A stretch of 64,000 nucleotides of DNA from an uncultured Candidatus Actinomarina sp. (GCA_902566515.1 CACFIX010000001.1:32220-96219), one strand, 5' to 3'; shown: positions 41,275 through 51,925, numbered from the stretch's first letter. Numbers and translations: made by a program. The notes: generated by a model not told the origin, from the letters alone.

Positions 41275-42571
41275 TTTCAAAAAAATCTTCATCATGGGTA
41301 TCGGTGGCTCAGGGATGAGTTCAATTGCAAAATATCTCAAACAAAAAGGCCATCATGTTGATGGTTATGATCAAAGAATTTCTTATATTACTAACCTTTT
41401 AGAAAGTGATGGAGTAAAAACTTGCCAAAACCTTGAAAATTTTAAATATCAAGAAGATGTACTATATATTATCTCATCTGCAATTAACCTTGAGGACACT
41501 TTTCTTGCGAATTATACTAAAAATGAAAATGTAATTTCAAGACCAAAATTTTTGGAATTATTATCTAAAGAAGTAGAAATTCTTGGTGTAACTGGTACTC
41601 ATGGAAAAACTTCTACTACAGCTTTGGTTTCTCATATATTTCATTTTAATAATAAAAATGCATCATTTATTTATGGAGGGGTTAGTGGTTTTGGTAATTT
41701 AGGCGGTCATTTTGGTGAGAAGACACAACCTTTAATACTTGAAACTGATGAAGCATTCAATACATTTAAAAATATAAATATAAAAAATTTAATTGTTACA
41801 AATATAGATAATGATCATATAGATTTCTATGAATCGTACGAGAATTTAATTGATGCATTTAATCATGTTATTAAAAATGTAAAAGGAGTGAAAGTTTTAA
41901 ATTACGATGATGAAAATCTCAGGTTAATAAGTGATAAAAACATTATATCGTATTCAAGAACACAAACGTCAGATTACAAAATTAATCTCCCTAACTCGTT
42001 TGAACATGAAGGTAAGTCTTATGAAGTATCAACAAAGTTAATTGGAGACCATTATCTTTCCAATATTGTAGCTGCAATAGCAATTTGTAATGTTTATGGT
42101 ATCTCGACAGAAGATAGCATAAAAGCTATATCTGAGTTTGGAGGAGTTAAAAGAAGAATGGAGTATATAGGAACTTATAACAAAACGAAATTCTACGATG
42201 ATTACGGACATCATCCAACAGAAATGAAGGCAACCATTAGTGCTTTAAAAAGCATAACAAAAGGGAAGTTGTATGTTATTTTTCAACCTCACCGCTACAC
42301 AAGAACACGTGATAATTTTGAAGCATTTAAGAACAGTTTGAAGGTTGCTGACACACCGATAGTTACAGATATTTACTCAGCTGGGGAAGAGCCAATACCT
42401 GGTGTTTCAAGCAAAAATTTTTCAAACAGTAAAATTAAATATATTAAATCGATTCGATCAGTACCAATTTTTATTAAAAGTAATATTAAACCTGGAGATA
42501 ATGTCTTAACTCTTGGAGCGGGAGACATTACCTTATTAGGTCCACAGATACTAAAATATTTAAATGATTAA
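41258..42571 (+). CDS. murC: UDP-MurNAc:L-alanine ligase
   Basis: GIGGSGMS, GTHGKTSTT, ETDE, DDYGHHPTE, FQPHRYTR, LGAGD. Confidence 0.96.
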   Translation: MNLLSSFKKIFIMGIGGSGMSSIAKYLKQKGHHVDGYDQRISYITNLLESDGVKTCQNLENFKYQEDVLYIISSAINLEDTFLANYTKNENVISRPKFLELLSKEVEILGVTGTHGKTSTTALVSHIFHFNNKNASFIYGGVSGFGNLGGHFGEKTQPLILETDEAFNTFKNINIKNLIVTNIDNDHIDFYESYENLIDAFNHVIKNVKGVKVLNYDDENLRLISDKNIISYSRTQTSDYKINLPNSFEHEGKSYEVSTKLIGDHYLSNIVAAIAICNVYGISTEDSIKAISEFGGVKRRMEYIGTYNKTKFYDDYGHHPTEMKATISALKSITKGKLYVIFQPHRYTRTRDNFEAFKNSLKVADTPIVTDIYSAGEEPIPGVSSKNFSNSKIKYIKSIRSVPIFIKSNIKPGDNVLTLGAGDITLLGPQILKYLND

Positions 42572-43421
42572 TCAAAAAGTTCTATTAAAAAATGAAACAA
42601 CTTATCGTTTTGGAGGTATGTGTAAGAACTTCTTTTTACTTGATGATAAAAAAGACTTGGATAATTTTGATGAATATGACATTTTTGATGAATATTTTAT
42701 TCTAGGAAAAGGGTCAAATATTGCATTCTCAGAAAATGAATTTGATGGAGCTGTAATTCAATCAAAAATTAACTATATAAATTTTGATAACAAAACAAAT
42801 AAACTTGAATTAGGTTCAGGAACTTATTTACCAGATCTTTCTAGGTTTTTAAAATCCAAAAATTTAAGTGATGGGGAATTTCTTTTAGGCATACCTGGAA
42901 CAGTTGGGGGAGCTTTATCTATGAATGCTGGTTGCTATGGATATGAATTTTTAGATTATGTAGAGTCTTTTGAATATTTTGATATAAAAAGTAAAAAAAT
43001 TAAAACAATTAACAAATCTCAAATAAATTATGGTTATAGATTTACAGACATTGATGATTCAATAATCTTGTCAGTCACAATGATATTTCCTGATGGAGAT
43101 CCAGAAAAAATTAGTAAGAATATGAAAGAATTTACAAATCATAGAAAAAATACCCAGCCCTCTGCTTTGTATAACGCTGGTAGCGTATTTAAAAACGGTG
43201 AAGATTATTACGCTGCTGAATTAATTGAAAATGCTGGTCTTAAGGGGTATAAGATAGATGGCGTTAGGGTGAGTGAAAAGCATTCTAATTTTTTTATTGC
43301 TGATAAAGATGCTAAATCATCAGCCTTGTATAAATTGGTTAATTTTGTAAAAGATAGTATTTTTGAAAAATTTGATGTGATGCTTCAAGAAGAGATTATA
43401 TTTGTTGGAGATTTTTCTTGA
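42564..43421 (+). CDS. murB: UDP-N-acetylenolpyruvoylglucosamine reductase
   Basis: GKGSN, IPGTVGGA..MNAG.YG, AGSVFKN, SEKHSNF. Confidence 0.95.
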   Translation: MINQKVLLKNETTYRFGGMCKNFFLLDDKKDLDNFDEYDIFDEYFILGKGSNIAFSENEFDGAVIQSKINYINFDNKTNKLELGSGTYLPDLSRFLKSKNLSDGEFLLGIPGTVGGALSMNAGCYGYEFLDYVESFEYFDIKSKKIKTINKSQINYGYRFTDIDDSIILSVTMIFPDGDPEKISKNMKEFTNHRKNTQPSALYNAGSVFKNGEDYYAAELIENAGLKGYKIDGVRVSEKHSNFFIADKDAKSSALYKLVNFVKDSIFEKFDVMLQEEIIFVGDFS

Positions 43422-44119
43422 TAAAAGGAAATATCGATATAGAAAAAACTAGTTTTAGAACTTTTTTAGTATTTTCCTTTTTCTTATTGGTAATACTCCT
43501 TACTTCATACCTTATATTTTCTACTAAATACTTGGTTAGAAATATAGAATTTTCTCCAAAATACCAAGTTGACAGTTCTTTTTTAGAAACACTGTATGGT
43601 GAATCTATATGGACATTGGATGAAACCTCGGTCGAGAGTCTTTACAGCGCAGATCCTACAATAGAAAAAATTGAACTAACTAAAATCTTGCCATCTAAAT
43701 TAGAAATTAAACTTAAGCTTTATGAACAAGTAGCTGAAATTTCTGACTTAAGGGGATCTCAGCCTAAACTATTTGTTTTGTATAAAAACTTATACGTTAC
43801 AGAATCTATTGGTGAGTCTAAAAACACATTATCAGTGACAATTGTAAATGGACCTGTTGATAACGGATTCAATGGAGAAATAGTAGCACTTTTTATGACT
43901 TTAAGTAACTTTGATGATATTAATACGGGTTCTCTAAAACTAACTCACCTAGGTACCAGTGTCATAGGTTACTACAAAGACATTGAGATACTTTTTGGTA
44001 ATCCGATTGACCTGGCCACTAAAGCCGCTGCAGTAGGAGAGCTCTTATCAGACGGTTCTTGTCAAGGGACTGTAAGATTTGTATCAACAAGCTCATTTGT
44101 AACTGATTGTAATATCTAA
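43418..44119 (+). CDS. ftsQ: FtsQ/DivIB-like protein (divergent)
   Basis: Single TM, POTRA-like DPTIEKIELTKILPSKLEIKL, position before ftsZ. Confidence 0.7.
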   Translation: MIKGNIDIEKTSFRTFLVFSFFLLVILLTSYLIFSTKYLVRNIEFSPKYQVDSSFLETLYGESIWTLDETSVESLYSADPTIEKIELTKILPSKLEIKLKLYEQVAEISDLRGSQPKLFVLYKNLYVTESIGESKNTLSVTIVNGPVDNGFNGEIVALFMTLSNFDDINTGSLKLTHLGTSVIGYYKDIEILFGNPIDLATKAAAVGELLSDGSCQGTVRFVSTSSFVTDCNI

Positions 44120-44140
44120 ACCTAAAGTATAGGTATAGAT
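44114..44140. promoter_or_regulatory. 27-bp imperfect palindrome upstream of ftsZ (candidate MerR/FtsR-type operator)
   Basis: ATCTAaACCTAaA-g-TaTAGGTaTAGAT, 11 of 13 positions symmetric. Confidence 0.6.
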
Positions 44141-44209
44141 AAAAAAGTAAAAAATATATTGTTTATATTTATATATGATGATAATCTAGTTTCATTAATT
44201 GGAGATTTT

Positions 44210-45277
44210 ATGGCACAAAAAAGTAAAAAAACAAATCAAAAGGGAGTGAATCTTAATATGAGACCAAGAAATTATACAGCTGTAATAAAAGTTGTTGGTG
44301 TTGGTGGTGGAGGAACCAATGCTGTTAATAGAATGATCAAGATGGGTATTAAGGGTGTAGATTTTATTGCTGCAAATACAGATGCTCAAAGTTTACTTGG
44401 TTCAAAGGCTGACGTTAAATTAGACCTTGGTAGAAAAACAACAAGAGGACTTGGTGCTGGTGCTAATCCAGAAGTAGGAAGGCAAGCAGCACTGGATTCT
44501 GCAGATTTAATTAAAGAAGCGTTAAAAGGATCAGACATGGTATTTATTACAGCAGGTGAAGGTGGAGGTACTGGAACAGGTGCTTCACCAGTTATTGCTG
44601 AAATAGCTCATGAGCTGGGCGCATTGACTGTAGGTGTAGTTACTAGACCTTTTGGCTTTGAAGGAAGAAGAAGATCTGTTCAAGCAGAAGAAGGCGTTCA
44701 AGCTTTAAGAGATGTGCTTGATACTTTGATAGTTATACCTAATGATAGACTTCTACAAATTAGTGATAACAATGTAAAAGTAAATGAAGCCTATTTAAAA
44801 TCAGATGAGATTTTATCAAATGGTGTAAAGGGAATTTCAGGATTAATTACACAACCAGGTGTGATTAATGTTGACTTTGCAGATGTAAAAACTATTTTGA
44901 AAGATGCAGGCAGTGCCGTACTTGGAATAGGTAGATCAACTGGTGAGCAACGAGCACCAAATGCTGCACAAGCCGCCATATCTTCACCGCTACTCGAAGC
45001 AAATATGGACGGAGCAGAGGGTGTATTAATAACTATTACAGGTTCTGCAGACCTAAAACTTCAAGAAGTTGATGAAGCAGCAAGAGTTATTACAGAACGT
45101 GCTGATGACAACGCTGAAATCATCTTCGGTCACATTGTAGATGAATCTCTTGGTGATGCTGTAGAAGTTACAGTTGTTGCTGCTGGATTTGGTCCAAGAC
45201 CAAATAGAAGAATAAAGAATGATTCAGAGCAAATTGATAATGGAGGTGACGGTCTTCCTGATTTCATTAAGGGATGA
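44210..45277 (+). CDS. ftsZ: Cell division protein FtsZ
   Basis: [28 protein letters not shown]-terminal LPDF; GGAG RBS before ATG 44210. Confidence 0.98.
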   Translation: MAQKSKKTNQKGVNLNMRPRNYTAVIKVVGVGGGGTNAVNRMIKMGIKGVDFIAANTDAQSLLGSKADVKLDLGRKTTRGLGAGANPEVGRQAALDSADLIKEALKGSDMVFITAGEGGGTGTGASPVIAEIAHELGALTVGVVTRPFGFEGRRRSVQAEEGVQALRDVLDTLIVIPNDRLLQISDNNVKVNEAYLKSDEILSNGVKGISGLITQPGVINVDFADVKTILKDAGSAVLGIGRSTGEQRAPNAAQAAISSPLLEANMDGAEGVLITITGSADLKLQEVDEAARVITERADDNAEIIFGHIVDESLGDAVEVTVVAAGFGPRPNRRIKNDSEQIDNGGDGLPDFIKG

Positions 45278-45864
45278 TTCGCTCTCAAAATTTAAATAAC
45301 GCTTTCTTCTCATCGGCAAATGATGGAAGTTTAGAAGAAATTTTAGAAAACATTGGTTTTCAAAATCAAGTTGCAACAATGGATCAAACTCATTCATCTA
45401 AAATTGCGTTTGCTTACTCAAATATTTCTTATAAATGTGATGGTATTTACACAAATAAAATTAAATTACCATTGGTCGTAAAAACTGCTGATTGTGTTCC
45501 TCTTTTAATGGAATCAAACAAAGGAGTTTCTGCAACCCATGTCGGCTGGAGGGGTTTAGAAAAATCAATATTTGAAAAAAGTTTAGATATACATGAAATA
45601 TCTAGTTTAAAAATTTCAATAGGGCCACATGCTAGAAAATGTTGTTATGAAGTTGGAGTTGAGTTTCTAAAGACATTTGATAATTCAATCGATAAAGTTA
45701 ATGATAAATATTATCTAGATTTAACAAAAAAAATTAAAAAATTTGCATTTGAAAATAATATAAATTTAGAGGATATGGATGTATGTACTATTTGTAATAA
45801 TGAATATTTTTCATACAGAAAAAACAAGACAAATGAGAGACAATTTAGTTTCATATGGATATAG
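45274..45864 (+). CDS. pgeF: YfiH/PgeF purine nucleoside phosphorylase (laccase-like domain)
   Basis: QTHS, DG, TADCVP, HVGWRG, IGP...CYEVG, CT..YFSYR. Confidence 0.9.
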   Translation: MIRSQNLNNAFFSSANDGSLEEILENIGFQNQVATMDQTHSSKIAFAYSNISYKCDGIYTNKIKLPLVVKTADCVPLLMESNKGVSATHVGWRGLEKSIFEKSLDIHEISSLKISIGPHARKCCYEVGVEFLKTFDNSIDKVNDKYYLDLTKKIKKFAFENNINLEDMDVCTICNNEYFSYRKNKTNERQFSFIWI

Positions 45865-46472
45865 AAAAAAATTTAAACAGTATTTCTAAAAAGTTATCAA
45901 ACTATGACGCAAAACTAATCCCAGTTATTAAAAATAGAACTGTTGAGGAAGTGAAAAAGGTTTATGACTGTGGTTTTAGAGAATTTGGCGAAAATAGGCT
46001 TGAAGATTATTATTTGCATTCAGAAAAATTTAATGATGCTATCTTTCACTTTATTGCTCCTCTACAATCTAGAAAAATTAGGAGTATTTTTGAAAATTTT
46101 GAATTTGTTCATACTGTAAGTCGTTACAAAGAGATAGATTTGATTTCGAAATTAAATAACAAAAGAGAAGTTTTTCTTCAAGTAAATATTGATAATGATA
46201 AAAATAAGTCAGGTATAATTCCTGATTTAATTTTTGAGTATTTTGAATACTCAAAAGATAGAATAAATTTACCAATTGGCCTTATGTGTATTCCAAATAT
46301 TCAATCAGATCCAAAAATAGTATTTTCAAAAATGCAAAAAATTAACACTGAGTTAAAAAATATATATAGTGATTACAAAGGAGAGCTTTCAATGGGAATG
46401 TCAGAAGACTATGAAATAGCTCTAGATTATGGTGCTACTATAGTTCGAGTAGGAAGTAAAATATTTAAATAA
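45855..46472 (+). CDS. yggS: PLP homeostasis protein YggS
   Basis: FGENR, HFIAPLQSRK, LQVN, GLMCIP, LSMGMSEDY, VRVGSKIF. Confidence 0.93.
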   Translation: MDIEKNLNSISKKLSNYDAKLIPVIKNRTVEEVKKVYDCGFREFGENRLEDYYLHSEKFNDAIFHFIAPLQSRKIRSIFENFEFVHTVSRYKEIDLISKLNNKREVFLQVNIDNDKNKSGIIPDLIFEYFEYSKDRINLPIGLMCIPNIQSDPKIVFSKMQKINTELKNIYSDYKGELSMGMSEDYEIALDYGATIVRVGSKIFK

Positions 46473-46909
46473 TGTTAGAAAAATTTTTGATTTCGATTGG
46501 TTTAAAGCAACCTGAATCTATTCCAGAATCATATACTGAAACTACTACAACAGTTAGACCGTCGGGTGAAAATAGATTTATTGATAATGAAAATATTTCA
46601 GATGTTAGAATTCATTCACCTAAAGACGAAGTAGAAATTAAAGCTCTTAGATCGTTTAATGAAATACATAATTTAGGTGTTGCAATTAAGGATGAATTTA
46701 TTGTGGCAATGGATATAAGAGACATTCCAGATCAAGGAGAAAGAAGAAGAATTCTTGATTTTGTAACCGGTATGGCTTTCATGAGTAATGCAACTATTAG
46801 GTCTATAAATAGAGATGGCGTATTTCTAATACTTCCCACAAATTCATCACTTTCAACTGAAGAACGGGAAAGACTCCAACAACTCGGTTTGTATAAATTA
46901 AATGTGTAG
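46472..46909 (+). CDS. sepF: Cell division protein SepF
   Basis: RRILDFVTG...VFLILP; position after yggS. Confidence 0.88.
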   Translation: MLEKFLISIGLKQPESIPESYTETTTTVRPSGENRFIDNENISDVRIHSPKDEVEIKALRSFNEIHNLGVAIKDEFIVAMDIRDIPDQGERRRILDFVTGMAFMSNATIRSINRDGVFLILPTNSSLSTEERERLQQLGLYKLNV

Positions 46910-47168
46910 TATTACATTTCTTTTTTTTAGAGTATTTTATTACAGTTTGTTTGCCTGGATAATATTAAGTTGGATTCAAGTTCCATATGATCATCCTATT
47001 GGACAAATAAAAAGTTTCTTAGATAAATATTTTGAAAAAATACTTTATCCAATACGTAGCAGGATTCCAGCCCTAAGAATAGGAATGGCTGGTATTGATT
47101 TGTCACCATTGATTTTAATTTTTGGAATTAATTTCCTTCAGCCGTATATTTTAAGAATTGTTTGTTAA
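46902..47168 (+). CDS. YggT/YlmG family membrane protein
   Basis: IILSW, EKILYPIRSRIP, GIDLSPLI. Confidence 0.9.
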   Translation: MCSITFLFFRVFYYSLFAWIILSWIQVPYDHPIGQIKSFLDKYFEKILYPIRSRIPALRIGMAGIDLSPLILIFGINFLQPYILRIVC

Positions 47169-50100
47169 CTTTTTAATATCTAAGGAAACATTTTTATCAA
47201 AAATTAAATCTTGTGTTTCTTCTTCTATAAAGTTAAGTTCAACCGCTAATGTTTCATTTTTCACATAATCATCGTGAATATTTAAAGATTCCTTAACAAA
47301 ACTATCATTTGAAGTAATAGTTAATTTAATTCTATCAACTACATCTAAGCCAGAATCCTTCCTTAGTTTCTGAATTGAAGACACAAGCTCTCTTGAGAAT
47401 CTCTCCATGATTAAATTTTCATCTAATGAAGTATCAAGAAACAAAGAGAAATCATCGACGATATCTTGGTTTTTGGTGTCTTCTTTTTTGTTTAAAATAA
47501 TGTCAATTTCACCTGACGAAACTTTTATATCATCAATAACAACTCCATTTCCTTGAAGAATATCATTACTAATGTTTTCGTCGACATTTTTTAGATACTC
47601 GCTAAGAACATTTATTTGTTCTCCTAACTTAGGTCCAAGTGCTTTAAAATTAGGTTTAAATTCATAATTTATCCAATTATCTACATCAAAATCAAAAAGT
47701 ACTTCTTTAACATTCACTTCATTCTTAATCAAGTCACTTATGACTTTGAGTTTCTCTTCAATTTCTTTATCTTTAGTAATTATTTTTACAGAATTCAGCG
47801 GTTGTTTGTTTGGAAGTTTTAATTTTACTCTCAAATTCCTTACGCTTTTTATAACTTTTTTTGCAAGTTCAATATTATCTTCTAATTCTTTATCAATTAA
47901 ATTTTCATCTGCTTCTGGATAGTCACAGTAATGAATACTTACATTATTTTCTTCAATTAATCCTTGATAAATTTTCTCACAAATAAATGGTAAAACAGGT
48001 GCCATCGATTTTGAGAACTCTAAAAGCACTTCGTGAAGAGTTTTAAAAGCATTTATTTTATCTATATCATTTTCATCTTTTTCTTTCCAGAATCTTTTTC
48101 TGTTAGATCGAACATACCAATTTGTTAATTCGTCGACAAAATTCATTAACGGAGGAATAACTTCATAGAGATAATAATTTTCCATTTTTTCGTTAACGGT
48201 TTTGATCAATGATTGCATTGATGAGATTATCCATCGATCCATCATTGGACGATCTTCTACTGGAGATGCTTTTTTAAGAACTTCAAAAGTAATGTCATCA
48301 GCATTTGCGTATGTTGAAAAAAATGAAAATGAATTCCACAAGGGAAGAATGATGTTTCTTGTAACTAACTTAACACCCTCTTCAGAAAATTTTAAAGGTT
48401 CTCCTCTTACAACAGGGGAATTTATTAAGTAAGCTCTTAAACTGTCTCCACCATAGCTATTTAACAACTCTTCTGGATCTGGGTAGTTTTTTAGACTTTT
48501 GCTCATTTTTCTTCCATCTTCAGCAAGAATCATGCCAGTAGTTATACAGTTTTTAAACGCTACAGAATCAAATAATGCAACAGCAAGCACAGTCAATGTA
48601 TAAAACCATCCTCTTGTTTGGTCTAGGCCCTCTGCGATAAAATCTGCTGGAAATCCATCAAAGAAATCCTCTTCATTTTCAAAAGGGTAATGTTGTTGAC
48701 CATATGGCATTGCTCCGGATTCAAACCAGCAGTCCAGTACTTCCGATGTTCTTTTGTATGTTTTTCCATCAATTTCAATATCTAAATCGTCTAAAAAGTG
48801 TCTATGTAAATCAGTAATTTTCTGTCCTGATAATTTTTCTAATTCTTCAACGGAACCAATACAAAGCATATCTTCTGGGTTATCAGTATTTATCCAAACC
48901 GGTATGCAGCTTCCCCAATACCTATTTCGACTAATTGCCCAGTCTCTAGCATTTCCAAGCCAGTTAGAGAATCGTTTTTCACCAATAAAACCAGGAACCC
49001 AATGAGTAGACTGATTTAGTTCAACCATTCTATCTCTAATTTTTTCGACATTCACAAACCATGTTGGTATAGCTTTGTATATCAATGGCGTTCCAGTTCT
49101 CCAGCAAAAAGGATAAGAGTGCATCTCAGTTGTTTTGGAAAATAAATTACCTCTTTCCTCTAGCTGGTCCATAATTAATTTGTCCGCATCCTTTACATTT
49201 AATCCATCTAATTCTTTAAAGGTACTGTCAAACTTACCTGAGAGAGTTACTGGATCTGCGATTACATCTATACTTGCATTTTTTAAGGCATAAAAATCAC
49301 TTTCCCCATATGCAGGTGCTTGAGAGACTAGACCAGATCCAGATTCAGTATTTGTATCATCGCTGTGGATTATACGAAAAGCACCATCTTTGAATAAGTG
49401 CTCATATTCGGAATAAGCAGGTATATATGTTGCTCCTATTAAATCTTCACCAATAGAGGTCTCTAGAACCTCTATTTCATAATCACTCATTTCAAACAAT
49501 CTATCTGAAGCTATCCAATAAAAGTTGTTTTTAATTGAGATTCTTGAATATTCGATTTCTTTTCCTATGGCAATTGCTAAATTTCCAGGGATACACCATG
49601 GTGTAGTGGTCCAAACCAAGAATTTATCACCTTTTACTACTTTCTTATAATCATCCCTTGCGTCAAGAGTAAAATAGATTGAAGGATCTTCAACATCTCT
49701 GTAGTCCATATTTGCCTCAAAGTTTGAGAGAGGTGTTGAAGCTGCCCATGAGTAGGGTAGTACTTTATAATCTTGATAAATTAAATCTTTAGACCACAAT
49801 TCTTTAAATACCCACCAAACACTTTCCATAAATTCAATATCCATAGTTTTGTAGTCGTTTTCAAAATCAACCCATCTACCAATTTTTCTTGTAATTTTTT
49901 CCCAATTTTCAGTATTTGTTTGGACTTGTGATCTACAAGCTTCATTAAATTTATCTATGCCATAATCATCAATTTGTTGTGGGTCATCTAAATTTAATTT
50001 CTTTTGAACTTCCATTTCAATTGGAAGACCATGGACATCCCAACCAAACCTTCTTTCTACGTAAAAACCACGCATTGTCCAATATCTTGGAACTATATCT

Positions 50101-50294
50101 TTTATTACTCCAGCTAGAAGATTTCCATAGTGAGGACTTCCAGTTGGAAACGGAGGACCATCATAAAATCTAAAAGTTTTATCATTTTTGCGATTTTCAA
50201 CAGATGTTTCAAACGCATTTATCTTGTCCCAATATGCAGATATTTCTGATTCCACAGAAGGAAGATCTATATTTGCATTTACTTTTTTAAACAT
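47151..50294 (-). CDS. ileS: Isoleucyl-tRNA synthetase, type 2
   Basis: DGPPF..PHYG, GWDVHGLP, WTTTPW, DWAISRNRYWG, DQTRGWF, KMSKS; long type-2 C-terminus. Confidence 0.96.
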   Translation of the reverse strand: MFKKVNANIDLPSVESEISAYWDKINAFETSVENRKNDKTFRFYDGPPFPTGSPHYGNLLAGVIKDIVPRYWTMRGFYVERRFGWDVHGLPIEMEVQKKLNLDDPQQIDDYGIDKFNEACRSQVQTNTENWEKITRKIGRWVDFENDYKTMDIEFMESVWWVFKELWSKDLIYQDYKVLPYSWAASTPLSNFEANMDYRDVEDPSIYFTLDARDDYKKVVKGDKFLVWTTTPWCIPGNLAIAIGKEIEYSRISIKNNFYWIASDRLFEMSDYEIEVLETSIGEDLIGATYIPAYSEYEHLFKDGAFRIIHSDDTNTESGSGLVSQAPAYGESDFYALKNASIDVIADPVTLSGKFDSTFKELDGLNVKDADKLIMDQLEERGNLFSKTTEMHSYPFCWRTGTPLIYKAIPTWFVNVEKIRDRMVELNQSTHWVPGFIGEKRFSNWLGNARDWAISRNRYWGSCIPVWINTDNPEDMLCIGSVEELEKLSGQKITDLHRHFLDDLDIEIDGKTYKRTSEVLDCWFESGAMPYGQQHYPFENEEDFFDGFPADFIAEGLDQTRGWFYTLTVLAVALFDSVAFKNCITTGMILAEDGRKMSKSLKNYPDPEELLNSYGGDSLRAYLINSPVVRGEPLKFSEEGVKLVTRNIILPLWNSFSFFSTYANADDITFEVLKKASPVEDRPMMDRWIISSMQSLIKTVNEKMENYYLYEVIPPLMNFVDELTNWYVRSNRKRFWKEKDENDIDKINAFKTLHEVLLEFSKSMAPVLPFICEKIYQGLIEENNVSIHYCDYPEADENLIDKELEDNIELAKKVIKSVRNLRVKLKLPNKQPLNSVKIITKDKEIEEKLKVISDLIKNEVNVKEVLFDFDVDNWINYEFKPNFKALGPKLGEQINVLSEYLKNVDENISNDILQGNGVVIDDIKVSSGEIDIILNKKEDTKNQDIVDDFSLFLDTSLDENLIMERFSRELVSSIQKLRKDSGLDVVDRIKLTITSNDSFVKESLNIHDDYVKNETLAVELNFIEEETQDLIFDKNVSLDIKKLTNNS

Positions 50295-50413
50295 ATCTTA
50301 GAATTTTAAAGGGTTTCTCTTACAATTTGTGTAAATATTGAAGTTTTAAAAAAATATAAAAATCTTTGATTTATTTTAAAAATGGCTAATATACGTTCAA
50401 CAATAAAAAGAAC

Positions 50414-50791
50414 ATGGCTAGAAAACTTTCACCAAATACAATTAATAAGTTCAAAAAAAAACTTGAAGCTGAAAAAGAACAGCTTTCATCTATGTTAGAG
50501 TTACATCAGCAAGAAAGGGAAAAAATAAGGCTTTCTGAAGCTTCAGCTGAAAGAAGTCCTGATCCAACATCTGCCGATGGAGGATCTATGGCATTTGAAC
50601 TTGAAAAAGAGCTTACACTGGATGAAAACACTAAACATTTACTTAACCAGGTAGAGCAAGCTCTTGTTTTAATTAAAAAGAAAAAATATGGGAACTGTGA
50701 GAATTGTGGAGAACCGATCCCTGTTGCCAGACTTGAAGCAATTCCTTACTCAACTATTTGCAAAAATTGTGCTGAGTTAATTGAATCTTAG
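50414..50791 (+). CDS. TraR/DksA C4-type zinc finger protein
   Basis: Coiled coil plus YGNCENCGEPIPVARLEAIP...CKNC. Confidence 0.92.
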   Translation: MARKLSPNTINKFKKKLEAEKEQLSSMLELHQQEREKIRLSEASAERSPDPTSADGGSMAFELEKELTLDENTKHLLNQVEQALVLIKKKKYGNCENCGEPIPVARLEAIPYSTICKNCAELIES

Positions 50792-51239
50792 TAAGAAAAT
50801 ACTTCCGTATCTTTTTGCAGTTATTTTTGCTTCATTAGATTTAATAACAAAATACCTTATCCGAATTAATAACATACAAGAACAAATAATTATTGATAAT
50901 TTCTTAACTATAGATCTTACATATAATACAGGAATTGCATTTGGTCTTTTTAGCGAATATACATTAATAACATTTGTATTTTCAATTTTTGTTTTTACTT
51001 GGTTAATTTTTCAATTTAGAGAAGTTAAAAATGGAACAATTGAGTTTTATTCACTAACACTTATTCTTGCTGGGGCAATAGGAAACTTAGGCGAAAGAGG
51101 CTGGAATCTAGTTTTCAATAATAACGGTAGAGTAACAGATTTTGTTGAACTTCTGTTTATACCAAGCTTTAATTTAGCTGATACTTATATTTCTTTTGGA
51201 ATCGTTTTGCTTTTATACTCGGAGATTAAAAATAAATAA
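50781..51239 (+). CDS. lspA: Lipoprotein signal peptidase II
   Basis: DLITK, NTGIAFG, GAIGNL, VTDF, FNLAD. Confidence 0.93.
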   Translation: MNLSKKILPYLFAVIFASLDLITKYLIRINNIQEQIIIDNFLTIDLTYNTGIAFGLFSEYTLITFVFSIFVFTWLIFQFREVKNGTIEFYSLTLILAGAIGNLGERGWNLVFNNNGRVTDFVELLFIPSFNLADTYISFGIVLLLYSEIKNK

Positions 51240-51897
51240 TATTGAGATAGTTTTTAAGAGTGACCAATTTTTGGTTTTAAACAAACCATACGGAATGTTG
51301 TCACATCCAACAAGCCATTCTAAAGAAATTACAATTAGAGACTTTTTGATTAATGAATTTAACTTACCAATTAAAAATGATAATCAAAGAGAGGGAATTG
51401 TTCATAGGTTAGATAGAGTAACTTCTGGATTGATGGTCTGTGTTTTGGATGAGAATATTTTTGCATACTTTCAATCTCAATTTAAAAACAGATTAATTAA
51501 TAAAAAGTACAGAGCAATAGTAGAAGGTTGTCCAAATACAAAAAGTGGTGAAATTAATCTTCCCCTTGCAAAATCAAAAAAAAATAGAAAAAAAAGAGAA
51601 GTTAATAAAACTGGAAGAGAAGCTATAACAAAATTTAAAATAATAAACAGAACTGAAGAGAAAGCTCTTTTAGAATTAGACCTAGTTACTGGTCGTAATC
51701 ATCAAATTAGAGCACATTTAGAGCATTTAAAAACCCCAATTGTAAATGATCAACTTTATGGCGCAAAAAGGGACAAGAATGTACCGGAGAATGCAATCTG
51801 CTTACAATCATACTATTTGGGCTTCACTGTAAATAATGAAGATTATGAATTTGAAATTGATATGCCTGATTATTTTAGTTCAATAATGAACATGTAA
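51196..51897 (+). CDS. RluA-family pseudouridine synthase without S4 domain (start uncertain)
   Basis: NKPYG, VHRLDRVTSG, TGRNHQIR, DQLYG. Confidence 0.9.
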   Translation: MESFCFYTRRLKINNIEIVFKSDQFLVLNKPYGMLSHPTSHSKEITIRDFLINEFNLPIKNDNQREGIVHRLDRVTSGLMVCVLDENIFAYFQSQFKNRLINKKYRAIVEGCPNTKSGEINLPLAKSKKNRKKREVNKTGREAITKFKIINRTEEKALLELDLVTGRNHQIRAHLEHLKTPIVNDQLYGAKRDKNVPENAICLQSYYLGFTVNNEDYEFEIDMPDYFSSIMNM

Positions 51898-51925
51898 TTT
51901 CTAAAAAAAACTTTACAATAAATTT

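Noticed and set aside
44159..44209. N-terminal extension of ftsZ from TTG
   Set aside because: GGAG RBS supports ATG 44210
50295..50413. T-box riboswitch expected upstream of actinobacterial ileS
   Set aside because: Spacer is 119 nt, very AT-rich, and shows no T-box sequence or stem I; the element appears to be absent
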